Origin: Paragordius varius
Lineage: Eukaryota; Animalia; Nematomorpha
Reading direction: 5' to 3'
Assembly (NCBI GenBank): GCA_964247055.1
Contig: OZ176051.1
Span: forward strand, 4,526,001 to 4,590,000
DNA: 64,000 nt
Part shown: in pieces, positions 52,937 to 62,447 of the stretch
Position numbering within the stretch: the first letter of the stretch is position 1
Layout: each line of letters begins with the position of its first letter
Made by a program: the position numbers and the translations under genes
The notes under the pieces: generated by a model
Databases searched by the model: none
Seen by the model: only the letters and a program-made list of their open reading frames with translations
What the model was told of the DNA's origin: nothing

Positions 52937-55900
52937 AATTTATTTTTTCCGTTAATATTTTTAAGATTAATTTTTATGTAAAAAAATAAAATGTTTTGAA
53001 ATGACTCCCGGAAAATTTTAGGTCATTTAAATCTGATATGGAAATTAATATTTAATTTATGTTTGTGCATACACCAATGTTTTGAAATAAGGTAACATAT
53101 TTTTTTTATTAAAATCAAAAATCTCAATTTAAAATGGTTATCTCCCGCTCAACAGTCATTGATAAAGAACATCCAATGTTTTTTGTAAGAAATAAATAAT
53201 ATTTTATCTTAATAAATTTCGCTTGTAGAATGGGGGAATAACTTCCAATGAAAAACGTATGTCTGATACTTCTTCGATAAGGTGTGCACCCCTAATTCGA
53301 AACTATTCGATTGATCCACTGGCTGTTAGTTTTGGAGAAACGGTGAATAGCCACGCTAAATTTGATTATAGCCATTATGTTATGCGGAGAAAGTAAGTTT
53401 TAATCCCTTTTTCTAAGCTATTTTTTGGTTTTTTTTCTGTCTAAATGTATAAAATAATTAAAATCAATTCGCTTTTAAGCTATTTCAGTTGGGATTATCT
53501 TACAGTTTTAAAAGACTGATGAATGTTTCTTGTAGTTATCTCGGTTATATACGAATCTAAAAGGGTTATAAACAATTTTCGTAATAATTTATTCCGTATT
53601 GACTACTTTAGGTTGGGTATAAATGTTATAAAATTTATTTATCCTTGTCTGTTAAATAAATTTCTCTAATGAAACTAGGCTTATTAAATTTTATTGAATT
53701 AATTTGTTCCTTTTTACTGCTTTAGGATATAAATTTGGAATATGACTGGTTAAGCTTTATGTTGTCCGCTGTTGAAAAATAAAATGAAAAAGTTGGTTTA
53801 TTACATAATTTATTTAGATTATAAAGTCTGGAGCATTATACATTTTATTGCGATATTCATTTTCAAATATTAAAAAATAGATCATTTAAAAGTTTTCTTT
53901 AGTCTATAAGAATTGATATTTTAATATTTTAGATTGGATATAAGCCTAGAGTTTCGGACATATTATAGCGATGGTCTAATCCTATACCTTAAGGATCATG
54001 ATCAAACGCAATACTTTACTATTCAACTCCGTGATAGTCGTTTACAAATGGTATATTATGCTATGGGCGATAAAGAAATCCTTTCACCACCTGGTTTAAA
54101 TGACGGAAAATGGCATAAGGTAAAAATATTTCAATGCAAATTGATTAAGTTTAAATTAAAGTATATAGCAAGTATAGTTGTTATAGCATATATTTTATTT
54201 TAAATCATATTAACCCAAACAATTTTTACTTAGCCAGCTCCATTTCTTCTAAACCATATACCATTTATAATTCAAATCCACCCTTAAACAATTCAAATTC
54301 ACCCTTGAACAATTCAAATTCACCCTCAAACAATTCAAATTCACCGTCAAATAAAATATATAATTTTTGAGATTAAAAACTACCTATATTTTTTATATTT
54401 TTTAAAAATAAAAATTATATTTTATTAAAATAATACTGAAAAAATAATAAACTATGCCATAAAGATATATTTCACATTAATAATGTATTATATTAGTTCG
54501 AAAACACATAATTTATTTTTAGGGTGAATCGAATTGTTCAAGGGTCAATTTGAACTGTAAATGGTATATCATAACTTTATAAACACAAACTCTATACATG
54601 TGAATATTAAAACTTTTTTTTAAAGGTGAGTATACGGAAAGATCGGCGAAGTTTGCTGGTTAAATTGGATGATTACGAAGAAATAAAAGCACCCATCGTT
54701 AAACTATTGAACGTATATCCACCAGGGTTTATAGGTGGTCTCCCAGAATCCTATATACCGCGTGGGAACGTGGTAAGAATTTAATTCCTTTTTCATCTTT
54801 TTTTTTGTGCTAATTTGCAATCAACTAAGCAAAAAAGCTATAAAAATCAATTGTTTAAAAACATATTTTTTAGATAATTTGAAAATATGTAAATGTAAAT
54901 ATACAATTTTATTAATAGTAATTAATGGAAATTATTGCTGTTACAAATAAAATTTTACAAACAAATAAACTGAAATTAATGTTTAAATAACAGAAATATA
55001 TTATTTCATTCCGATTATTTAGAAATCTCAGGGATTTAAAGGATGCGTTCGAAATCTTCAAATAAATAGTCAATTATATGATATCCTACGTTCCGAATCT
55101 TTTGTTGGTGTTTCACAATGTTTTGCGAATGTTGAAATCGGAGCACATTTTACTGGCAACTCTTACGCCATTTATGGTATAAAATTTTATTTTTTTTTAA
55201 TTGTCAATAATTATATCTTAGGAATCTCCCTCATAAAATTTATAATAAAAATGTGTAAAAATTTAATTTTGCAGAAAAAAACTTTAATGTGGGAAGCGAA
55301 ATGGAAATATCTCTAAAGTTTCGAACGACACAAAGGAATGGGGTCCTGGTTAGTATTAGTGAAAAACAAGGATTTCCATCACTTGCCTTAGCCATTTATG
55401 AAGGACAAGTATATAATAAAATTGTTTTATTTTATCTTAAAAAGAGAGTAATTACAGTCAAACCTCCCGTTTAAAAAATAGTTTACCAAAAAAGTTTCGT
55501 ATTGAAAAATTCTGAAATATTACTATGTTAATAAGTATTGGAATATAAAATTAAAGGTTTTTTTTATTAATACATAAATGAAAATGGCTAGGTATTGACT
55601 TGTGAAGTTTAGTTTTTCTGCGTATGCATATTATACAAAAATCAAATTGGTAAAAAATGATAGATCATAAAAAATATTCAACCACACAAGGCTGGTCTGA
55701 ATTCCTACGCTACCGATTAATTTTTTTTATTATAAAATATTATATGTGTTTCATTCTTTTAGATTGTATTCTCCGTTGATATGGGCGAGGGTATGGGTCC
55801 ATTTAAAGCTATCAAAAAATTTGAATCTAATCCAGAAACCTTGATTGTTCCTCCGATATTATCGGATCATTCAGTTTCAAAATCACAAAATATGAGTGGA

Positions 55901-56640
55901 GTTAACAATTTAAACCAAAACCTAAAGAGTGCCGATAAAGTTCCACCCCTAAAATCCTTGAAGGGGCAAACTGTTAACGCTAAAACGGTTAATACACCTC
56001 TACTTGTTAATGAATATTATGTGTGTGATAATAAATGGCATACTATCGTTGCGGCTTACGTTAAAAATATCGTGACACTCAAAGTCGATCATTTTGACAT
56101 TGAATTTGGGTTTGATGAGGGAAGTTTGCAAGAAACTAAAACTAACAATTTCTTGTATATTGGTGGGATTCCTGGTAACATATATATACATAAATTTCTT
56201 GGCTTATTATTAATTTTTCTTCTAATGTTTGGCCTAATAATAACGTATAATTTAAAATGATTAATAAATTTTTGTACATCATTTGTTTTCAAATTGTAGG
56301 TATAAAATTTAACATTGCCACAGAATTTACGTAATTTTTCAAATATAATTTAAATTGTATAAACTTTAAAGTAACTGTTACAGAGAATATTCGCATATTA
56401 ACAACTAAATATTTTGTCAAAACAATATTTACCAAAAATATTTTAAGGAAAAAAAACTAAAGATAATATAATTTTTGTGTTTTAGAAAGTGGAAATATAA
56501 ATCAAGGAGCCCTACCAACCCAGCAAAATTTTATTGGATGCATTAAAGCTCTTACCATTAAAAAGATCAAAAAGGATTGGGAAAATATGTATGCATTGCA
56601 CAATCTCAATAATAATTGCCCTATTCCTCAAACTAATTAA
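15335..56640 (+). CDS. LAMA1/2-like (wb): Laminin subunit alpha, alpha-1/2 type (wing blister / LAM-3-like), complete, about 80 exons
   Basis: Signal exon 15335-15422 ([17 protein letters not shown], phase 1) joins [25 protein letters not shown] at 16363. The domain order LN-LEa-L4a-LEb-L4b-LEc-coiled coil-LG1-5 was followed exon by exon with GT-AG sites. The last exon, 56486-56640, ends ..[13 protein letters not shown]. Two L4 domains indicate the alpha1/2 class. Confidence 0.97.
15628..15894. mobile_element. hAT-type MITE in laminin intron 1
   Basis: CAGTGCTGTTCAAC...GCGACCCCTG termini; GC-rich GGGCCG subterminal motifs shared with the 61790-61827 hAT end; flanks GTTTAAAC / TTTTAAAA resemble a decayed 8-bp TSD. 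Confidence 0.6.
16363..19215 (+). other. Laminin LN (domain VI) exons
   Basis: Exons 16363-16498, 16803-16959 ([14 protein letters not shown]), 17245-17401 ([15 protein letters not shown]), 17839-17981, 18127-18186 (SLINGRP), 18285-18629 ([15 protein letters not shown]) and from 19173 ([12 protein letters not shown]). Confidence 0.93.
19487..19672. repeat. Near-perfect palindromic hairpin (~85-bp arms, ~20-nt loop); probable Tc1/mariner-type MITE
   Basis: The arm TATACAGTATGAGTAAGTATACATTGCTAGAAA..GGCAGTATTATTGGCT pairs with AGCCAATAATACTGCC..TTTCTAGCAATGTATACTTAATCATACTATATA; TA-flanked with a CAGT start. Confidence 0.85.
21384..21664. mobile_element. hAT-type MITE in a laminin intron
   Basis: CAGTGGTTCCC ... 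GGTAACCACTG inverted termini; no intact TSD. Confidence 0.6.
22830..25510 (+). other. Laminin L4a domain exons with a long C-terminal insertion
   Basis: Follows CSKCFCFG; contains [13 protein letters not shown] (23380-23754) and [17 protein letters not shown] (from 24161); resumes the LE module at SIESCNCP (~25505). Confidence 0.85.
30455..30645. mobile_element. Small Tc1/mariner-like MITE
   Basis: TA|CAGTACCCAC ... GTAGGTACTG imperfect TIRs. Confidence 0.45.
31125..31633. mobile_element. piggyBac-like MITE (second subfamily), TTAA TSD
   Basis: TTAA at 31121-31124 and 31634-31637; TIR CACTT(T/C)ATTA; subterminal TGGGGTAG..CCCCAG / CTGAGGTA..TACCCCA motifs. Confidence 0.75.
33560..36500 (+). 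other. Laminin L4b domain exons with two insertions
   Basis: Follows CTSCFCFG; contains [13 protein letters not shown]|[14 protein letters not shown] and [21 protein letters not shown]; resumes at ELCQC (~36505). Confidence 0.85.
40199..45470 (+). other. Laminin coiled-coil (domains I/II) exons
   Basis: Starts [14 protein letters not shown] (CxxxC); about 14 exons of Cys-free heptad-like sequence ending ..[13 protein letters not shown]. Confidence 0.85.
44371..44622. mobile_element. MITE with 21-bp subterminal repeats (copy 1)
   Basis: TTCAAATTCACCCTTGAACAA units at both ends in inverted orientation; the interior matches 54257-54568 in reverse. Confidence 0.7.
52421..52570 (+). mobile_element. 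tRNA-derived SINE (tRNA-Lys(CTT)-like head)
   Basis: GTAGGGCGCCGGACTCTTA resembles the tRNA-Lys D/anticodon region (CTCTTA loop); B-box-like GAGTTCAAAACCCC; the 3' tail is shared with 2040-2100. Confidence 0.5.
52889..52934. repeat. (TA)n microsatellite just inside a laminin intron
   Basis: About 23 uninterrupted TA units; shorter tracts at ~23352, 36270, 48195 and 62350. Confidence 0.95.
54257..54568. mobile_element. MITE with 21-bp subterminal repeats (copy 2)
   Basis: TATACCATTTA ... GTAAATGGTATA TIRs; four tandem TTCAAATTCACCCTTGAACAA-like units at 54271-54354. Confidence 0.75.
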
Positions 56641-56945
56641 TTTTTTTATATTGATATATAAATATTTTCAAATTGATTAAATAATTTTTTTGCAATATCT
56701 TATACGATAATACTTTGTAAATTAAAATATATCTCAAAATTAAAACATCGTACACCAATTTAGTAAAATTACTTTTTATTGATAAAATCATGTATTTACA
56801 CTTGCATTTATAAAACCAATTTTGTGATTCCATCCCATCATGCATTCCTTATTTATATTATTTAACCCTTTCTACTAATATATTTAAACAATCTCATTAA
56901 CATTTAGTCAATATGCTTTTTTTTCATAATTTTGATATTTCAATC

Positions 56946-56951
56946 AATAAA
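56946..56951 (+). promoter_or_regulatory. Candidate laminin polyadenylation signal
   Basis: AATAAA about 305 nt after the stop codon, with another near 56998. The motif is common in AT-rich DNA, so this is weak. Confidence 0.3.
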
Positions 56952-57268
56952 TATTCTCTTTTAAATTCATTAAATTATACGATCGCTGGGTTTTCACAAT
57001 AAAATAAGTTACCATGTAAAACTTTTGATTACAAATCAAATTTCATAAAGATTTTATAATTTATGATATTCTGTTGTGATTAAGAGATAACTGATGAAAA
57101 AAATAATGTTTTCGGTATACAGACAGAATTGAATGGTAAATAATTGTGGCAACAAATTTTTTTCGTGAAACATTTGTACAGGCGTGATTTACGCTCGTGA
57201 CTAAAAATATAAATATACTGTATTCATTTACGGTTTTTATATAATATATATCTGGTTAAAATGTATAA

Positions 57269-58927
57269 CACTGTGCGCAAAAAAGGGGTGTAAAAAATAA
57301 ACGAACATGAGTTTTATCTAGAATAATAAGAAATCCCTTGGAAAATGAGACCCCAAAAATTTAGGGGCAAAAATGCGCCCCAAATTGAAAATCTTCCATT
57401 TTTTCATTTTTGACGAGAAATAGATTTTTGTCCATATTTTTTAAACTTATCAAGCAAACACGATAAAACTTTTATATATAATATAAAAAACCTAATATAT
57501 TCTTAAAAATACATAAAATAATTTTAAAGTATCAATAAATTTTTTCACAAAAATAGATATTCGTAAATTTTATGACATTATCGAAATATGTTAAAAAAAA
57601 TTATTTGTAAAAACAACTTATTGTTATTATTTAAGTTTATGCCTTATATTAAACATACCAAAGAGTTGGTATGTCTAATAAAGGCTATGTTTTTAAGTCC
57701 CTCAAAAAATTTGTATTTTTTGGAATATTTTTGTTATTTTCATTTCATTTTCCTCACATGCTTCTTATTGTTTCATAACAACATAAAGCAGCAATTTTTA
57801 AATGCGAATACAGAAAAAACCAGCAAAACTCCAAAATTATAAAATCCCATTATATAATTTAAGTTTGTATTTGACACTATCTTGGTAAGACCGAAACATT
57901 TTTGTTTCAAAATCTTGTAGAAATAATTATATATTGGATGTAAAAGCTAAAAATTCTATTGAATAAAAATTAAATCCATTTATTATCAGTTTAATATATA
58001 TAATCGTAATAATTGATGTTTTGGATTTTGTTTGATTTACAATTTGAGCAATAAAATTTCTGGAATTTGATTATTTAAAAATGTCAGAATAAATTTGGTG
58101 CAAGGATAATTCTATTTTGTAACTATAATTATATGAAAAAAATATACGATAAACTCACTCTGCCATTAATATTATTCTTAACATATAGAATTTTCCTTAA
58201 TAAGCTAAATAGTGTATAGCAGGTAACTATTTGATTAGCAAATAAAGCTATTTATATTTCCGGTGCTACCTTCTGCATATCAAAAGGTATTTAATTAAAT
58301 TTATTATCTATAGATTAAATAGTATATAAACATTTATCCAAAGTAATGTAATGGTAATTTCTTAATTTGGAGTTTTGCTGGTTTTTTCTGTATTCGCATT
58401 TGAAAATTGCGATTTTATGTTGTTATGAAACAATGAGAAGTAAGCATGTGAGGAATATGAAATAAATTAACGAAAATATTCCAAAAAATACAAATTTGAG
58501 GGACTAAAAAAGATACATAGCCTTTATTACATATACCAACTCTTTGGTATGTTTAATATAAGTCATAAACTTAAACAATAAATAAGGAGTTTTTACAAAT
58601 AATTTTTTTTAACATATCTCGACAATGTCATAAAATTTACGAATTTCTATTTTTTTGGAATTAAAAAATTTATTGATGCTTTAAAATAATTTTATGTATT
58701 TTTCTTAAGAATATATTAGGTTTTATATAATATATAAAAGTTTTATCGTGTTTGCTCGATAAGTCTAAAAAATATGGACAAAAATCTATTTCTAGTCAAA
58801 AATAAAAAATGAAAGATTTTCAATTTGGGGCGCATTTTTGCCCCTAAATTTTTGGGGTCTCATTTTCCAAGGAATTTCTTCTACTAGATACAAACTTATG
58901 TTCGTTTATTTTTTTGTGCGCACTGTG
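57269..58927. mobile_element. Non-autonomous foldback DNA transposon with ~565-bp inverted arms, CAC..GTG termini and TAA TSD (CMC/Chapaev-like)
   Basis: Left arm 57269-~57838 is the reverse complement of ~58363-58927 along its whole length. Termini read CACTGTG / CACAGTG; flanked TAA|...|TAA; ~525-bp non-coding spacer. Confidence 0.9.
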
Positions 58928-59037
58928 TAAGTATTCACAAAATTTGACACGATTACAATAATATAAAAACGAATAGGCAAATAAATTTTGAAACATTTTT
59001 CGACGTTTATAACGGCGTTATTTTTTTATAATATAAG

Positions 59038-59316
59038 TGAGGGGTGGCTAACATGTGGCCCGCCAAAAATTTGGCAATCCATAAATTACAATAATATTCT
59101 CACAAAATCTTTTTAAAAATGATATTTCCTAAACAATATTTCCAAGTAAGTCTATCCAATTGGCACGAACTAAAATTTGCGGTATTATGTTTGCGTATTC
59201 CAGTTTTATGTTTGAAATCTAATAAATTCCTTATAAATGCCCATATATATTTCCATAGCCTGGTTTATTAAGTCAAAAATGGGGCCCGCGAAGCCATTTA
59301 TGTCGGCCACCCCTCA
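59038..59316. mobile_element. hAT-type MITE
   Basis: TGAGGGGTGGCTAACAT ... ATGTCGGCCACCCCTCA TIRs with GGCCCG subterminal motifs; no TSD retained. Confidence 0.65.
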
Positions 59317-59851
59317 TCGAATTGATTTGTTTTGTCTTACGAAACTGAACAAATTAAAAAGTTAACGATTTTCTGTAGACATAATTAATATATATATAGT
59401 GTGCCAAATTTAAAGTGAAATTTTTTAGCTTTACATATTTTTGTTATTAATAATTTTCAAAACAACATTTAAACAAAATGGCTAAACCTTTGCACATCAA
59501 TAGATAGTAGTGAAAAATACACATTTATATAGTTATATATTGATTTATATATCAAACTAATTTTAGGTTATCCGTGATTACAATTACCATTAATTAGATG
59601 GCCTATTTTATAAATATCATCTATTATAATTTTAGTGAGGGGACGAGGGAGTGCTTCATGCCCGGGCGCCACTATTTAGCGGTTCCTCTTATATTTATAT
59701 ATGAATTTTAAAATTCAAAATAATAACTTTCATCTAAGTCAGTGGTACTCAAACCATTAAAATTGCCCTATGACCTACCATATTGATACTTAAATTATTT
59801 TTTATTGATGAATTTTTAAAATACACATAAACGAATTTTCGTTTATTTTAA

Positions 59852-60392
59852 CACTTGGATACAACACATTCACTTTAGTCCTTCGATTCAAATTGGGGTA
59901 ATTGGATACCCCAGGCCTGTTTAAAATTAAATTCTTTAAAAAATATGGAATGAATCGAAAACATGGCAAAATTTTGATTTAACATTAATAACCCGAAATA
60001 TATAAAAAGTTTTATTCAAAAATACTTTATTTTATTTATTTTAAGCTAAACCCCAAACGTAAAAATTTAATCAACGTGACATGTCTGCAATTTTAAAATT
60101 GCAAAATAATACAAAATAAACCACTTTTATTATTTCTATCAATGTTAGATTTACTTTAAATAAAAAATTAGCTTTAATTTTATCTTTTAAATTACATGAA
60201 GACGATATTTTGCAAAAATTTTGTAAATTAAAATGGCGTCCAAGTAATTTGACATGGAACTTTTTTTTCAATACGAAATTTTATTTAGATATTTTGGCTT
60301 TTTTATATAATTATTATAAGGATAGAAGCATAAATTTATAAAACTTATAATTAAGTCTGGAGTATTTAGATACCCCAATTTGAATCGAAGTG
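59852..60392 (-). mobile_element. piggyBac-like MITE (copy B) nested in the hAT element
   Basis: TTAA at 59848-59851 and 60393-60396; inverted homologue of 4352-4905. Confidence 0.85.
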
Positions 60393-60741
60393 TTAATATT
60401 AATTATTATCTTTAGTTTAATTTCTGTAATTTTTATTTTTTACCAATTTGAAATCATGAAACAATTTTCCTACATTATAACGATTTCAAAATTTTGGCAC
60501 ACGTTGTTTCTGTATTTTATTTTATTTTATTTTTATTGCATTCCTTTTTGTATTTATGCAAGCCCTTCACCTAAACTTGCGTATACATATTCTTTTAATT
60601 GCTATCCTTCATCATTTTTATAACTCATTGCCATTTAATATTTTTCAAATCATCATTAAATTTTACCTGTTTTTTATGGCATAATTTAAATTATATTCTA
60701 TTTTTAAAAAATTTTCATAATATTTAAGCATAATTCAAAGG

Positions 60742-61600
60742 ATGACATCTAATGCTAAAAAACGTAAATTATCCGATGAACGCTTCTTAAAAAAGAATGG
60801 GGAGAAAAATTCTTTGTCCTTCATAATAAAAATGTAGTTACCTACCATATATGTAAGGACAACATAATTATGAAAAAATACAATATTGAAAGACATATAA
60901 CAATCCATCATTTTCATAAATTAACCGAAAATCATTAGGAAAGAAACGAAAAATATAAAAAGATTAAGGAATTATATAAAAAACTGTTATGGCCATAGCT
61001 TTCTCCCAGGAAAAAGCTTCATATGAAATTTGCTTTTTTTAGGAAAAATATATAAAACCGTTTACTGATTCCCATCTAATAAAAGAATGTCTAATAAATG
61101 GTTGCACTTTTTGTTGTTGATAAACTCCATAAGAAAGATCAAATCATGAGGCAAATTAAAAAATTTAACTTTCTGATTCAACATTATCTCGAGGCATTGA
61201 AAAATGTCTAAATATATTTTAAACAATACATTATTGGCTCTGAAAAACTGCAAATATTTTAGTATTGCTATTGATTATAGCTCTGATAATAGTGCATCAC
61301 CTCAATGTGCGCTCTTCGTGAGATTTTGCAACGACAACATAATCAAAGAGGAAAATTTAAAATTTTTACCAATGAATAAAACTACGAAAGGAAGTGATTT
61401 TCTCGAAATAATTATCACTTTTTAATAATAGTATATCTATGTAAAAATTGGTTTCGATCTGCACAGGCTGTGAGACAGCATATTCAAAAATGAAGTATGT
61501 CAAGAATACATAAATCGCTTAACCGATGATCATATGGACGACGTATTAAGATTGGCCTGTCATGAGGCAAAACCAAATTTGTCAAAAATTATTGGTTAAC
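60742..61600 (+). pseudogene. hAT transposase remnant
   Basis: MTSNAKKRKLSDE..KKEWGEKFFV..ICKD..KKYNIERH (BED-like zinc finger), LKNCKYFSIAIDYSSD..QCALFVRF..LPMNKTTKGSD (first catalytic Asp region), then YINRLTDDHMDDVLRLAC (C-terminal dimerisation region). Frameshifted, with the central core deleted. Confidence 0.88.
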
Positions 61601-62345
61601 ATTAAAATAAATGTTGTTATCAAAATATTTTAATTTTTTAAACTAAATGGGACAAAACGAGTTTTTAGCTGTATATACATACGATCCGCAAAAAATGTGC
61701 TGATTTAGAGTATAAATATGTGCATATGTGTCAAATAGCTACGGAATATTTGCCATTATAAGGTTCATGGCCCTCGAAAAAAAATATATTTTATTTGGCC
61801 CGTCAAGTTTTTTGGTGAGTACCACTGATCTAAGTAATCATCCTAATATGTGCAATCGGTGCGCTTATTTATGTTTTTATATAAATTTTAAATTTTTGGC
61901 ATGTAATAATCCCTAAAATATTATAATAAAATATATAAATGCGATCAAGGTAAAAACTAACTTTGATGTAGGTATTCCCTGTAGCAGACTTATTAGAACA
62001 TTTCTTTATCAAGCAGGATATTATGGTGTTAATTCTTTCATTGCCTTTAAGTGAATTATCTTAACTTTTCTCTTTGTTAAAAGGTAACCTTATCTCCAAT
62101 CCTTATTTATAAATCCCATAATTTATAAAAATCTTTAAAATCTAATTTTACTATAATTGTCGAAGTTTTTTGCAACACAGGCTTATTAATTTAATATTAT
62201 TGATTTGCAAGGTTTTAGGCATTTTGACAGATAAAATTTTTATATTAACCTAAAAAATAGTTAACTTCTTATAATCAGCCTTACACTTCTTTTCATATAA
62301 AACGCAGCCCCTAGAAAATCACACTGTTGACCCTAAATTTGGCAC

Positions 62346-62381
<36 letters not shown>

Positions 62382-62447
62382 TAAACTAAAAGTATCATTC
62401 AATTTAAAACCAAATAATTAATATCTTTCTCTGCCAATTATCGAGAA

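Larger units (their letters stand above)
45535..56640 (+). other. Laminin LG1-LG5 exons with a long LG3-LG4 linker
   Basis: Five sets of LG motifs: [120 protein letters not shown]. Confidence 0.92.
59740..61827 (+). mobile_element. Internally deleted hAT (Charlie/Buster/SPIN, GTF2IRD2-like) transposon
   Basis: Perfect 12-bp TIR CAGTGGTACTCA and perfect 8-bp TSD ATCTAAGT (59732-59739 and 61828-61835); a transposase remnant lies inside. Confidence 0.93.

Noticed and set aside
54271-54354. Short direct-repeat array resembling CRISPR
   Set aside because: The units are contiguous with no spacers, lie inside a MITE in a eukaryotic intron, and there are no cas genes.
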